A DNA stretch of 64,000 nt from an uncultured virus (IMG/VR IMGVR_UViG_3300037245_002282) (Duplodnaviria > Heunggongvirae > Uroviricota > Caudoviricetes). This document shows positions 37,800-48,942 of this stretch, in pieces. The notes beneath the pieces were generated by a model that worked only from the letters and a program-made list of their open reading frames with translations, was not told where the DNA came from and did not search any database. The stretch lies in the IMG/VR virus record IMGVR_UViG_3300037245_002282; one strand, written 5' to 3'. The first letter of the stretch is position 1. Each line of letters opens with the position of its first letter. The position numbers and the translations under genes were made by a program.

Positions 37800-39530
37800 C
37801 TATACACTTGCCACGAGTTCGTGGAAGTGCTGTGTAATAAAGTTAAAGTTAATCGGCAGGGTCACATATGCATCATAATCGATGAATACCTGATCTCCAT
37901 TTAATATAATCTCAACACCCCACCACGATAATCCATCTTCCGGGTTCTTGATGAAGATTCCAAGATCCTGATAAATTGCCAGTCGAGCCTCTACAGCACC
38001 TTTCAAAACACCCCCGGTAACGGCTGTTCCCGGCTGTCCGACAAACTGATTTTCCAATGAACCTCTCAGATCCCTTGATGCAAAAAACATCTCAGTTACT
38101 ACTGAAAACTCATTCCATTTTAAGTCATTTGTCTGATATGTGTTGAATTGTCGCACCAGTCTAGGTTGACCATTCGGTGCATAATTGATTGTAGCAACAC
38201 CTTCCTGCAACAGAGCTTCAAGATTACTGTCAGTTAATTTATATTCAAGCTCAATAAAGTTAAGATTTTTGAAGGTTAACGGCTGATTTATAGCTAATGT
38301 ACACTTCATACCCATAAGCATACAACCAGCATATGATCCAGAATAATTCTGAATTACTCCATTAACATCTCTTTGCGTACCACCGTTAAAGGCGTATAAT
38401 CCAGTCTTACTATTAAGGTTATGAGCCGCAGTCTGAGCCGAAGTGATATCAGTTGCAAGAGTACCAGTCTTCCACGGTGCCCCTACAAGGAACTGACGTT
38501 CTTTTCGTCCAGTTACCGCACTCATAGTTTCACAATGAACCTTAATTGGTGCATGTACCGCAGCGGTATCATCCGGTGTAGAAATAAACTGAATATTTTC
38601 AGCCTCAAGAACTACAAGAGCCGCTGTCCATTCAATTGTAGTATAGTCACCTTCAACTGCACCTGTAAGAAATGCTGCTGTGGAATTATCTACAATAGCC
38701 ACATCAGTAGCTGCATTATTTGCCGCTGCGGATACTCGCGCAGACTGGGCGTTGATCACATCAATCATGGCCTGCATTGAAGATGCAGCTTCATATGCCG
38801 CCGCATTGATATCCTGTGAAGTTACCCCGTCAAGTTCTAACGGACTCGCATTTTCCTGACCCGCAATCACGGAACAGGTATAACCGGTCTGCGCATTGAT
38901 ATACGTTGCCAGTTCTCCGATGGTATTATAATCATTCAAATCAATACTCAAAGCATTGGTTGTAGTTGTGACAAGAGTCTGTGCCGCTGAAGTATTAACA
39001 ATAGTCATACTGGACGCTCCGCCAGTATTTTCAATTGAAAAACTCTTACGCCAAACATTATCAAACACTTCAGTAGGATCACTCTGAAATGCTATAGTGA
39101 CCTTTTTACCAAAAGTATCCGTACTGGTCTCTACAGTTATCTCGATTTGATTGACATAGAGACCATAATCCCTACTTGTTAAAGTGATCTTTGTGACTGC
39201 CGACGCTACCAAATCTAATGTGGCCTGCGTTGCGGCATTTATACGTATTGCAAAGATACGCTGGGGATTTAATCCTCCTCCCGGATTGAATGCAAGTCGA
39301 ACAGCTTCCATTAAAGGTCCACTGCGTAAAGTTGCAACTGCTTCAGCAATAGTATTGAACTGTAAAAGGGTATTGGGCTGACCCCCCGTACATTGACCCA
39401 TAACCACGCCATTATTAGCAGAGGCAAGTCCCGTAGCACCTTTTACCGAGTCGATACGTGAATACCCTCCCGGAATAATGTGCGTACTGATCTGACCGGC
39501 ACTTTGAAACGTGCGATAATTCAGACTCAT
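37800..39530 (-). CDS. contractile tail sheath protein
   Basis: IIPGGYSRID, GQCTGGQPN...LRSGPL, SRDYG, RKERQ, PLTFK, FVGQ, PINF. Confidence 0.92.
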   Translation of the reverse strand: MSLNYRTFQSAGQISTHIIPGGYSRIDSVKGATGLASANNGVVMGQCTGGQPNTLLQFNTIAEAVATLRSGPLMEAVRLAFNPGGGLNPQRIFAIRINAATQATLDLVASAVTKITLTSRDYGLYVNQIEITVETSTDTFGKKVTIAFQSDPTEVFDNVWRKSFSIENTGGASSMTIVNTSAAQTLVTTTTNALSIDLNDYNTIGELATYINAQTGYTCSVIAGQENASPLELDGVTSQDINAAAYEAASSMQAMIDVINAQSARVSAAANNAATDVAIVDNSTAAFLTGAVEGDYTTIEWTAALVVLEAENIQFISTPDDTAAVHAPIKVHCETMSAVTGRKERQFLVGAPWKTGTLATDITSAQTAAHNLNSKTGLYAFNGGTQRDVNGVIQNYSGSYAGCMLMGMKCTLAINQPLTFKNLNFIELEYKLTDSNLEALLQEGVATINYAPNGQPRLVRQFNTYQTNDLKWNEFSVVTEMFFASRDLRGSLENQFVGQPGTAVTGGVLKGAVEARLAIYQDLGIFIKNPEDGLSWWGVEIILNGDQVFIDYDAYVTLPINFNFITQHFHELVASV

Positions 39531-39715
39531 TTGTTACCCTCCAATACTGATTTTAAAGTTTTTTTCCACTCATCTTTAGTTTTTAGTATACCACGATACT
39601 CCGCCTCAACATAAGCCCTTGTGTACTGGTGCATATCCGGTACCTCAAGTTGAATATATTTGAAGAGAGGATACTTTGGTTGTTTTTTAGTTCTAGTAGA
39701 ATTATCCCTTGCCAT
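39527..39715 (-). CDS. small hypothetical protein
   Basis: GGGGG RBS; ATGA overlap with the sheath start. Confidence 0.6.
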   Translation of the reverse strand: MARDNSTRTKKQPKYPLFKYIQLEVPDMHQYTRAYVEAEYRGILKTKDEWKKTLKSVLEGNK

Positions 39716-39724
39716 ATTAACCCC

Positions 39725-40501
39725 CTACACAGCACCTAGCGTGAAATACGTCGGTAGCGTTTGTGTATCTAATGAAGCGATACTTTCTATAGCCGTATCA
39801 TAAACAGTCGCCCGCTGATTTAATGCAAGTGTAACTGTAAGGTTTGAACCATATAAAAGTTTTCCAAAGTCAAGGTTGATATCCCCCGACCGTCTTCCCT
39901 GAATACCTGATAAATCATAACCCTCATCGTCATGTAAATCGATACGTTTCTGAGTTACAAAATGAGATACCATATCAAATAAAAAACTCGTTACTTCTTT
40001 ATTCTCACTCCATATGTTAAAATCAATCCTATGACTGGTATGGTATTGTTTAGTAACTCCTAATATTTGACCCTTTTCGGTGACTCGCTCCTGAATCTTA
40101 GCCCACCCGGCATCAGAGCAAAAAACCTCTCCCGCTTCCCGATAACCACCTATATTTATAATATCTTCAGGACTCCACATAGCCGCTGTATATTCATCCG
40201 CCAGCACTTCCGCATCTTCCTGCAACGTAGAATCGACCACGGTTATGGATGGAAAAACATTTGCTGATCGAGTCTGACCTAATACATCCTGAGCTAAAAG
40301 AATTGCAAACGGATGAATAGTTCCTACCCGGATATTATCAAAATTAGGAAACAACTGAGAATATCCGACAGTCTGTAAAAAATCCCGAATCTGTCTCGAT
40401 AACTTAATTTCAGGGTTTTCAGATTCCAATAAATAAATAAATCTATCATTAGCCGTTGCCGCTCTGACTGTGGTTCTGGATGTTTTGTAAATATTACTCA
40501 T
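39725..40501 (-). CDS. putative tail terminator/completion protein
   Basis: Upstream of sheath; FPSITV...IDFNIWSENK pattern. Confidence 0.55.
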   Translation of the reverse strand: MSNIYKTSRTTVRAATANDRFIYLLESENPEIKLSRQIRDFLQTVGYSQLFPNFDNIRVGTIHPFAILLAQDVLGQTRSANVFPSITVVDSTLQEDAEVLADEYTAAMWSPEDIINIGGYREAGEVFCSDAGWAKIQERVTEKGQILGVTKQYHTSHRIDFNIWSENKEVTSFLFDMVSHFVTQKRIDLHDDEGYDLSGIQGRRSGDINLDFGKLLYGSNLTVTLALNQRATVYDTAIESIASLDTQTLPTYFTLGAV

Positions 40502-41385
40502 TATTTTATATCCTGTTCAAGCGCCTGCTGTAACATTTCTTCAGCAAAGGGCCTCATATAATCTACCACCGACTGACGAACCGGCCATGGTGGTTGTTCC
40601 GGTACAATCCACGACATCGGATCACTTCCGGCCGATACTATTCTAAAAGTCATATAATTTGATGATTTTGCATTCTGCGTTGAAGCCTGCATTGCTATCA
40701 TCCCAGCATATTTTCCAGATTTTTGAGTATACGTTCCTACCCGTTTACCGCCCTTAGTAATAATTTTTGACTGCATCCCACGTGTAGATTTCTGATCAAA
40801 TCTACTGCCCCACGAATAATCTCTACCACCTGAACTACTTATTCCTACTGTAGATTTACCACCTTGAGTTGTTGCTCCCGCTGCTTTCTGCTGATCAGCT
40901 TCTTTAATCTGAGAACTAAAACTCTTATACACAGAAAACGGCATAGGATTATTCCTGAAAGGATCACTTCCCGGAGTTCCATGGCGTGTCGGTACAATAT
41001 TATACCTTCCGTTTTTACCCTGCCGACTTTTAGGACCATTTAAAAGTCCCGGTTTCAAATCAATCAGACCGTGACCCCTTTCTAAGAGTTCAGTAACTGA
41101 TAAACCATTCTTTGTCGTATACGATGTAAAAACTTCCCACGATGTCGGACTGATCTGCCTTCGCTCAATAGTTCTATGATATTGTTTTGAGTTCACCACA
41201 AACGGTAAACCGGGAAGATATCCCCCGGAAGCCGCCCGTATCCATGCTTCCTGATACATCGTACTGAGCTTTTCAATAGTCAGAATAGTAGTACTGAGTA
41301 ATACGGCTTTCCCTTTACCTTTCTTCATAAGGTTAACAAACTCGGGAACAATTTCCTGTGCAGTTACTTTCAAAGTTCTTGCCAT
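40501..41385 (-). CDS. neck/tail completion protein
   Basis: LERGHGLIDLKPGLL, IVPTRH, TFRIVS...DPMSWIVP; position in the neck block. Confidence 0.6.
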   Translation of the reverse strand: MARTLKVTAQEIVPEFVNLMKKGKGKAVLLSTTILTIEKLSTMYQEAWIRAASGGYLPGLPFVVNSKQYHRTIERRQISPTSWEVFTSYTTKNGLSVTELLERGHGLIDLKPGLLNGPKSRQGKNGRYNIVPTRHGTPGSDPFRNNPMPFSVYKSFSSQIKEADQQKAAGATTQGGKSTVGISSSGGRDYSWGSRFDQKSTRGMQSKIITKGGKRVGTYTQKSGKYAGMIAMQASTQNAKSSNYMTFRIVSAGSDPMSWIVPEQPPWPVRQSVVDYMRPFAEEMLQQALEQDIK

Positions 41386-42497
41386 TAAAATACCACCTTA
41401 GCGTGCATTTTTTCAAACAGCTTAACACTTACTCGATTCACAAACGCTTTATTTTCCGAGTTCCGTAATGTATGAAGATTTGTCAACGCCGTAAATGTCG
41501 GATGATATGTGAATTGAACTGTATAAGCCACTGCTGGCTTTGTAACATTCCATTTTATCTCATTTCTACCGAAAACTTCAGCATCATTGCCGGGTCCGGT
41601 ACTGTAATCTGTACCATCCTTCGTGATAACTCTTAAAAGACTACTTAGATCGTTATGTGATGTTACCACATCATTCCCCGCCGTTAGCGTGGGTTGTATG
41701 ATCACTGTGCCTATGTGCTCCTGTGAGAGAGCAGTAAACAGGTCTTCAGGTCCGGGTTTAGCCCAATACGGGGTTACTAACACAGCATCAGCATCATCTA
41801 AAACATAAGGCTGTTCGTATCGGATTCTCCCAGTCACACCTGTCAGCATAAAGTCAAACGGCTTCACATACGTGTAATCTACTTCCAGCACATCGCCACT
41901 TGCCCATGTTCCCATAGCCGTGAGAGTGATATATTCCTTTGTAGCACTCACAACAGTATACGTTTCGGTTTTGGTCACATTATATACCCGGGTTACGTCC
42001 TCAACAGACCCCTCATAAGATTTACCTTTTTCATTGAATCTCGCAGCAATTACTCGCAATACATTGGTGGTGTATACTTCAGAATCCTCACTGAGCACAG
42101 ATACAAGCGGAGAATATGTATAGGACACAGTTAACCTTCGGTATGCTTCCGGGTAAGGTGTATCGAGTTGAATATATGAACCATCCGCAGGTTGTGTACC
42201 TAACGGGAGGGTGGTTCCCTGATGATCAACTACCGGAATACCCACCACAGGGGTATATATAGGATAAACACGCCCCAGAGAATCGTGTTTAACTATTGTA
42301 TTAAGAATCATAAACTTATCAGGATTTCGATATATCGTACCTCGTCCCTGACATATAGAACACCTAGGGTCCGGTTGAGCACTATCTGGATTTAGGCAGG
42401 CACATTTAATCGCTTGGACCCAGCGAAGATGTTGGCCATGGCGAGCAAGCGCATCTTCATAGCGAGCAATAGTTTGAAATGTACGAAACTGTGACAT
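41385..42497 (-). CDS. head closure/neck protein
   Basis: W..AIKCAC...PDPRCSICQGRG; YTVQFTYHP; position in the neck block. Confidence 0.6.
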   Translation of the reverse strand: MSQFRTFQTIARYEDALARHGQHLRWVQAIKCACLNPDSAQPDPRCSICQGRGTIYRNPDKFMILNTIVKHDSLGRVYPIYTPVVGIPVVDHQGTTLPLGTQPADGSYIQLDTPYPEAYRRLTVSYTYSPLVSVLSEDSEVYTTNVLRVIAARFNEKGKSYEGSVEDVTRVYNVTKTETYTVVSATKEYITLTAMGTWASGDVLEVDYTYVKPFDFMLTGVTGRIRYEQPYVLDDADAVLVTPYWAKPGPEDLFTALSQEHIGTVIIQPTLTAGNDVVTSHNDLSSLLRVITKDGTDYSTGPGNDAEVFGRNEIKWNVTKPAVAYTVQFTYHPTFTALTNLHTLRNSENKAFVNRVSVKLFEKMHAKVVF

Positions 42498-42508
42498 TCA
42501 CATTACCT

Positions 42509-43639
42509 CTATGTTACAAAACTAATAGGAATAGGCGCAAACTTATTCCTATTTCTAACTAGCCACGCGTCAATTTCTTTGGCATATTGGGCTATACGGG
42601 CGCCAAAAAATGCCGAAGTTGCTGATTGCGTGCTTGAAAAGCTCTCACTAAGTCCATCCAAACTGACCGACTGACTGGAAAATCCCGCCAGTAATCCATC
42701 CCCGATAACCGCCAGACATTTAATAGTCGCATATTTCGCAATTGTACTTCGAAGTGAATCCGGTACAAGATCTGCATTTTTATATCCGGTTTCATAATCA
42801 AACTGGAATCCATCAGGATATGGTGCCCCATAAGCCCGTGTCCACAACGGACCGTATACAGAGTAAGGACCGTAACTGAATCCACCGGTAGGAAACATAT
42901 GAAGCTGTCCGAACTGCTTTTCAACTCTGATCCACTGGTTATCAATCATATTCATGACTTCACCCTCTACCGGGGAATACCATATAGCACGGGTCACTTT
43001 AATAAGCGGCCAATGCCTGAGCTGAATAAATCCGAACTTAGTCCAGTACTGCGGATCAAAATCATAAGGATCATCTTCGTCGGTATAATCCACACCTTCC
43101 CGCCATAACCTTGACTGTATCAAAGCATCCGCAGGTCGGGTAACGTATGATTTTCGTCTGATATCCATGGTCAGATAAGCTTCAAACTCGCTCACAGCCT
43201 CCCGCGCAATCTGTCTGAACTGTTCATCTTCCCATTCCGTCTGAGCTACATCCGAACCGATACTGTCAATTCCCCACATCATTGTATATCGAAAATCATC
43301 CGGTGTATAAATATCACCCCACTCATTAGGTGGCGGTTTATAATTACCGAATGTGTATCCGACCTTTTCAACTTCGGCCCCGCCTTTAAGAGCACCTGAT
43401 AACTCACTTTCATCCAGTGACACCGTATTATAATACGAAGTCTTATACCAATGGGTAGTAGTACCATCGTCATCAGAATAATAATATTGCTCGCTCTCAG
43501 GTATTAAAACTATACGTGTACCGGAAGATGTTATTTCTGTATAAGATCCATCTTCACTTGTGGATCTATGTACTTTAATACGATCGTAATAAACGAGTAC
43601 CTGAGATAAATTATTTACATCAATCAATATCCTAACCAT
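42509..43639 (-). CDS. head-tail adaptor/neck protein with N-terminal FN3-like segment
   Basis: VHRSTSEDGSY...YYYSD...WYK; YDFD...FIQLRHWP; DYETG; SVSLDGLSES. Confidence 0.65.
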   Translation of the reverse strand: MVRILIDVNNLSQVLVYYDRIKVHRSTSEDGSYTEITSSGTRIVLIPESEQYYYSDDDGTTTHWYKTSYYNTVSLDESELSGALKGGAEVEKVGYTFGNYKPPPNEWGDIYTPDDFRYTMMWGIDSIGSDVAQTEWEDEQFRQIAREAVSEFEAYLTMDIRRKSYVTRPADALIQSRLWREGVDYTDEDDPYDFDPQYWTKFGFIQLRHWPLIKVTRAIWYSPVEGEVMNMIDNQWIRVEKQFGQLHMFPTGGFSYGPYSVYGPLWTRAYGAPYPDGFQFDYETGYKNADLVPDSLRSTIAKYATIKCLAVIGDGLLAGFSSQSVSLDGLSESFSSTQSATSAFFGARIAQYAKEIDAWLVRNRNKFAPIPISFVT

Positions 43640-43649
43640 TTAGATTCTC

Positions 43650-43799
43650 CTACTTACCTACTACTATTGGTTTTAAATTACCTTTTACTTCAACAATTAC
43701 CGGTGGGCCAAATGAATCCATTATTCTTATTAAAACTTCTCCAAAACCAAAACTTAAAACTTTTGGACCCTTCATACCGCCCATTAAAACAGTACTCAT
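43650..43799 (-). CDS. 49-aa ORF below the track cutoff (MSTVLMGGMKGPKVLSFGFGEV...)
   Basis: ATGA overlap with the 43796 stop, GAGG upstream; fills the gap; its TAG overlaps the next RBS. Confidence 0.6.
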   Translation of the reverse strand: MSTVLMGGMKGPKVLSFGFGEVLIRIMDSFGPPVIVEVKGNLKPIVVGK

Positions 43800-46700
43800 A
43801 CAATAGTCCTCGCATCAGGAGCAGATGTATCCGGTGCACCTTCTTTTGTCATATCATAACGTTTGATTTCATCGCCCGCTTCATTGTAGAAAATCCACTG
43901 ATCATCAATAAATGCCCAACTTCCGGCAACCATTCCACGAAGTAATGTAATATCCACCTGCACAAGATCAATTTTGGTTTCAACATTATCGACAGTAGCT
44001 TCCTGTGCAATCGATGTCATTTCACCACTATCCGGTATTACATCAGTAACAGCTTGAATTACATCAACCTTACCATCCACCGCAGCAAGATTAGATTCAT
44101 GAGTAACCAGAGCACTCGCAAGCGCTGCGTTATCTGTTCCCCGCATTGCAGTCGTAGGGATCAGATCAACTTTTGTTTCAATATCATCAACCTTACCCCC
44201 TACAGTATCAAGTTTTCCATCGTGTGTAGTTAAGTCACTGGCTAATGCTGCACTATCGGTACCTACCATGTCTGTATTTGTAGTTGTAGTTTCAACCAAA
44301 GTTACCACTGCAACATCGTCGTTTGCCGGATTAAACTTAGTTGCCTCTTTAGCTACCGTGGCATCCTTAGCCGCTGTAGCTTCTTTAGAAACAGTTGAAT
44401 CTTGAGCAATAGAAGTCATCGTACCGGAGTTTGGGATCGCGTCTGTAATAGTTTTGATTGCATCGATCTCAGTATCTTTTGTACCGGCAGTAAGCGTCCT
44501 TGTAACATTTGTCCAAATATCAGCTATTAAAGTTCCAAAACTTGTCAATGTCCTAGTTGCTACTGTCCAGACATCGGCTGCCGAATGAACAGAAAATCCA
44601 ACCGCTGTCAACCAGTTACCCTGATTTGTCTGTAGTTCATTTGTATCGGTTAAAGTATCTGTGACATCAGATCGTTTAAATGCTCCATTAACTAAAACCG
44701 GACTACCTGTTCGATTATCAGCTAGGCTTTCGTATCCGCCTGAAAGCTTTATTGTAGCATCAACACCATTTAACACGACAGCATTAAGTTCTGGACCAGA
44801 AATAGTCATTATATCATTTGTTTGAACGCTCGAAGCTGTGATACTTCCAGCCCAATTCCTCCACTGAGCAGTAACAACCTGTCCTGAAGTTTTAGTAAAA
44901 GTAGGACCACCTATACCGGGAACTTTTGAATAACAGTTATGATAATTATAGTCTCCCGTGAGAGTGTGTGTAACAATTCCACTAAAGCTACAAAAATCAA
45001 AATGTCCACTCTGCACTGATATAATTCCAACATCACAGCCTTCAAAATGAACCTCACTTGTCGCAAGACATACACCCGATACGATAGCACCTTGAAAGTA
45101 TGCCCCAGCTACACTTTGACCGTTTAAGTCTAATATCCAATTGTCACCAAAAAGTGAAAAGTTATCACTATTATCTGATAGCTGAATAGTGGAACCATTG
45201 ATAATGTGAGCATCTGTAATGCCAATTGCAGCAGATAATGTTAAAAATGCTGCCCAAGTTGATACCGGATTATCGGCAACACCGTCAACATAAATTTCTG
45301 TATTAGTATTAGATGCGTTAGTATCTATCCAGATTTGACCATTTGAATACCCTACAGATTCAGCCACTACAGAAAAAATACATGCCAGATAATCAGTAGC
45401 AATAGCTGTTGCTGTTGCAGAACTAAATCTTAAACGCACTACTCCCCTATTTACACCTGTTCCAGTTGCTCCTGTAGGAACTTCAAAAACCTCTTCTACA
45501 GGAGTTGTACTATTTGAACCTGATAATATTATTATAGTTTTATAAGTTGATGAAATCCAATCCCAATAACTAACTGTTATAGTATCTCCGTTACTCTGAA
45601 GATAACCTTTCCATCTAAATGAAGTTGCAACTCCATTACCTCCGACCAATGCCTGATAATAAAATCCGGTATTTCCTCCATCATCTTCAACAATATGGTA
45701 AACCCCATCCCCTTCCTGAGTTGATTCATAATCATTAGTTTCCGGTTCGGCATTATCTTTTACAAATGAACTGATAAGTCGGCCTAATCCTCCGGCAGCC
45801 GTCGATAAGTTACCAACCTGCTGTTGTGTAGACGGGTAATTGTCCCCTATAATTCCCGTACCATTCCATCCAAGTTCAAGATTATCAGCAGCTACTGAAT
45901 CCCCGGATATAGCTATCATATCGGCTGCTACTTGATTAGTCACATCAATTACTACTGCGACATCGTCGGTATCAGGATCAAAATCTTTAAGACTCCCAAT
46001 ATTCGTGATTATTGTATCCTGTTTAGCTTCTGTCGCATCTCCGCCTGTACCGCTTGGTGCCTGATTAAGAGCTTTTGTAGTAAATTGGTCACCCGTAGAC
46101 TCTTCAATTAAGCCATCAACTCTGGAAGTATCTACTTTTATTAAATCAACCACTGTATCTACAGTATCAAGAGTCGTTTCCTGAGCTATGGATGTCATGG
46201 CTCCTGAATTAGGAATAACATCAGTAACAGTCTTTATAGCATCAATCTCAGTATCTTTTGTACCGGCAGTTAATGTTCTGGTCCCCGATATCCATACATC
46301 ACCAACAGTACCTACATCACCAAGTTTTTTACCTTGACTTCCAGTAATAGTATGATCTGCAAGTAAACCATCTTGTCCTTGATCAGCTACTTCTGCTAAA
46401 ATCTCATCTTTATCTGAGGTTGCTTCCACTCGGGTTGGTCCGGCATAGTTACCTAAAGCTGTATCAACTTCAGCTTGAACGGCTGTAAGAGCAGCAGCTG
46501 TCAAATCAACTGTGAAATGATCGGTACCATACTTTGTATCATAATATTCTGCTGTAACAACATTAAAGTTTTCAAAAACATAAAGAGATCCGGCAAAATG
46601 GACAAGAACTTTTAAAGCCCCGAGCACACTTGTATCTGTTGCATCTAATACAATGTAATACATACCAACTGAGGCAAACGTCGCACCTCCTGAGTTTTTA

Positions 46701-46846
46701 TTAACATTAGATGTTGCCCCAAACTTCCATATTTTAATATCCGTATTAGCTATAGTAAAGCTAGGTTCTTCATCATCACCATTAGTATTGTCTAGGAAAG
46801 GTCCTATCATTATTGTTTGACTTGCTGTACTTTGTCGTAAATCCAT
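43796..46846 (-). CDS. large virion fibre/decoration protein with internal repeats and beta-helix-like segment
   Basis: Thr/Asp/Ala-rich 1016 aa; 34-aa repeat at 46181-46282 and 44402-44503; IWID...DGVADNPVSTW motif precedes beta repeats. Confidence 0.65.
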   Translation of the reverse strand: MDLRQSTASQTIMIGPFLDNTNGDDEEPSFTIANTDIKIWKFGATSNVNKNSGGATFASVGMYYIVLDATDTSVLGALKVLVHFAGSLYVFENFNVVTAEYYDTKYGTDHFTVDLTAAALTAVQAEVDTALGNYAGPTRVEATSDKDEILAEVADQGQDGLLADHTITGSQGKKLGDVGTVGDVWISGTRTLTAGTKDTEIDAIKTVTDVIPNSGAMTSIAQETTLDTVDTVVDLIKVDTSRVDGLIEESTGDQFTTKALNQAPSGTGGDATEAKQDTIITNIGSLKDFDPDTDDVAVVIDVTNQVAADMIAISGDSVAADNLELGWNGTGIIGDNYPSTQQQVGNLSTAAGGLGRLISSFVKDNAEPETNDYESTQEGDGVYHIVEDDGGNTGFYYQALVGGNGVATSFRWKGYLQSNGDTITVSYWDWISSTYKTIIILSGSNSTTPVEEVFEVPTGATGTGVNRGVVRLRFSSATATAIATDYLACIFSVVAESVGYSNGQIWIDTNASNTNTEIYVDGVADNPVSTWAAFLTLSAAIGITDAHIINGSTIQLSDNSDNFSLFGDNWILDLNGQSVAGAYFQGAIVSGVCLATSEVHFEGCDVGIISVQSGHFDFCSFSGIVTHTLTGDYNYHNCYSKVPGIGGPTFTKTSGQVVTAQWRNWAGSITASSVQTNDIMTISGPELNAVVLNGVDATIKLSGGYESLADNRTGSPVLVNGAFKRSDVTDTLTDTNELQTNQGNWLTAVGFSVHSAADVWTVATRTLTSFGTLIADIWTNVTRTLTAGTKDTEIDAIKTITDAIPNSGTMTSIAQDSTVSKEATAAKDATVAKEATKFNPANDDVAVVTLVETTTTNTDMVGTDSAALASDLTTHDGKLDTVGGKVDDIETKVDLIPTTAMRGTDNAALASALVTHESNLAAVDGKVDVIQAVTDVIPDSGEMTSIAQEATVDNVETKIDLVQVDITLLRGMVAGSWAFIDDQWIFYNEAGDEIKRYDMTKEGAPDTSAPDARTIV

Positions 46847-46856
46847 TTTATCCCTC

Positions 46857-48281
46857 CTAAATTGTAAACATTATATATATTTCTGAACTTGGATTATCTT
46901 GTTCTGAGTTTTCATAAGTACTAAAATATAAATCCCACATCTCCTCAGTAGTGTCGGAATAAGATCTATTAGTTTGTGGAAATGTTTCTGGTATACCCGA
47001 TACTGTATACCCAAAAGGATCTGTACCATCAGCCATAATCTGCATATAACGTTTTTGGTAATCAAAAAAAGCTGGATTATTCCAATATAATTTACCTTTC
47101 ATCATAAGAGTAGCAAGAGCTAAACCATGTGTAGAATTACCTGTACAACATTGGCGATAATAAGCAGCAAAAGAAGCATCCGAACGTTCTGGTTCTCTAT
47201 TTCTACGAATTGCCCATTCAGGCATACCTAGATGTGAACTATCATAATATTGAGGATTAGGATTCCTACTATCAGGGTCCCATGATCCACCTTGTGTAAT
47301 ATCTATATCAGCTTGAGTAACATAAAATTGTTGTCCATCTTCATGGATTACATTATTGTCTGTTGCCCATACAGGCTGATCTCCATCTAAACCAATACGC
47401 TTCATTCTTCCAATAGCAATATCATTTAACATAATTCCTGCAAAAAATATTGGAAACTTTCTGCCAATGTAATTACCACCGTCTGATCGCCAAAAGAAAG
47501 TATCTTCAGCTATAGATTCATTGTATATTTTCCAAAAATCAATACCTACTTGAGTAAGACCAATAACAGAGACACGTTTTTCTGAATTAGAATAATTAAG
47601 ATTACATTTAAGAGCAACATTAGATTCAACAACACCCATATTTCTGCCATAATCAGGCATATTATTACTAGGACAATGCCATTCATAATGCCAATTCGCA
47701 TAAAAATCAATCCAAGGTCTTTCAATGGCAGCTTCAATAACAGCCCAAGATAAATTAGTATCTGGATAAGTAGTTAAATTAAGTAAATGTGAATAATCTA
47801 AATCACTTTCATTCCATTGCGATGTTTTATCTGTACCACAATAAGGAGGACGAAAACTATTTTCAGATGGTGCTGAGACTACACAAGTTAAAACAGCAAC
47901 ATCAAGAATAAATGGTTTTGGATCACCTCCTGTATCACTTTGAGCTGATACTAAACTCTCATTTGTAGCAAGTACTAATGGATTTCCGGGGGCAACGCCG
48001 ACAGCTACATTTTTAGAATGATTATAGTTTAGTCTTGTAACACTTCCTTCATCTAAAGCTGTTTCAATAATTACTTCTGGATTTATCATTGATCCATTTA
48101 TCCATCTGGTTCCGCCTTGATTAACAGTGGCAGGATCAATATCAATAATATTGCATTGACCAACAATATAATAGTCACCATTACAATACTGCCCATATTT
48201 ATATGTATCACCAGCACCGTCAAGAGATAATTCTTTATCAAATTGCCATGTTATTCCGTATTGAGATAATGTATCAGCCAT
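46857..48281 (-). CDS. hypothetical virion-associated protein, aromatic-rich, possibly carbohydrate-active
   Basis: SQYGITWQF...GQYCNGDYYIVG N-terminus; Trp/Tyr-rich helical C-terminal part; AT-rich DNA. Confidence 0.55.
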   Translation of the reverse strand: MADTLSQYGITWQFDKELSLDGAGDTYKYGQYCNGDYYIVGQCNIIDIDPATVNQGGTRWINGSMINPEVIIETALDEGSVTRLNYNHSKNVAVGVAPGNPLVLATNESLVSAQSDTGGDPKPFILDVAVLTCVVSAPSENSFRPPYCGTDKTSQWNESDLDYSHLLNLTTYPDTNLSWAVIEAAIERPWIDFYANWHYEWHCPSNNMPDYGRNMGVVESNVALKCNLNYSNSEKRVSVIGLTQVGIDFWKIYNESIAEDTFFWRSDGGNYIGRKFPIFFAGIMLNDIAIGRMKRIGLDGDQPVWATDNNVIHEDGQQFYVTQADIDITQGGSWDPDSRNPNPQYYDSSHLGMPEWAIRRNREPERSDASFAAYYRQCCTGNSTHGLALATLMMKGKLYWNNPAFFDYQKRYMQIMADGTDPFGYTVSGIPETFPQTNRSYSDTTEEMWDLYFSTYENSEQDNPSSEIYIMFTI

Positions 48282-48942
48282 TATTCATTCTCCGATTATA
48301 CATAATTAAAGGAATTATACTTACTGAGACTTCATTAAGATCTAAATTTTCAGTATAGCCTGAAATACTTCCAGCTCCACCACTACCACTATCATAACCC
48401 TGTAGTCCATATATATATTCAAAATCATTCTGCTCTCCAACACCACAATCAACTGTTAAAATATCAAAAACTGAACCTACATGACTACCAGTCCTAATTG
48501 TAGCTGTTATCTGTCCTGTAGAGTTTGCTCCACCGTCATCATCTCTTACAATTGTCACATAATAATCAGTACTAGCTGTAAAAGTAATTGAAATATCACC
48601 ATTTAAAGAGCCATTTTCCACTGTATATAATTTAAATACAAGTGCTGATGACTCTTGACCAAAAAATAACCCATCCCCACTAGAATCTACTATTCCCTTT
48701 AAGTCATTTTGAACATTTGCCAAAGCCCAAGCACCAACTAATGCATAGCTAAATCTGTCACTAAAATTGCAAACAAATTGATGTGTAAAATCTCCACTAA
48801 AATGATTAGATCCTTTTGATTTAGAAACATACGAAGATTCACCCCTAGTTAAAGAAACCCAAGATACTTTACTGGCTATTACCGTTACATTATCACCCTC
48901 ATCAGTTTCATCATAGGTTGTAAAATCTTCATAAGCCATCAT
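48274..48942 (-). CDS. hypothetical beta-sandwich (lectin/ConA-like) protein
   Basis: Beta-rich composition; AGGAG RBS; AT-rich DNA. Confidence 0.5.
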   Translation of the reverse strand: MMAYEDFTTYDETDEGDNVTVIASKVSWVSLTRGESSYVSKSKGSNHFSGDFTHQFVCNFSDRFSYALVGAWALANVQNDLKGIVDSSGDGLFFGQESSALVFKLYTVENGSLNGDISITFTASTDYYVTIVRDDDGGANSTGQITATIRTGSHVGSVFDILTVDCGVGEQNDFEYIYGLQGYDSGSGGAGSISGYTENLDLNEVSVSIIPLIMYNRRMNNG

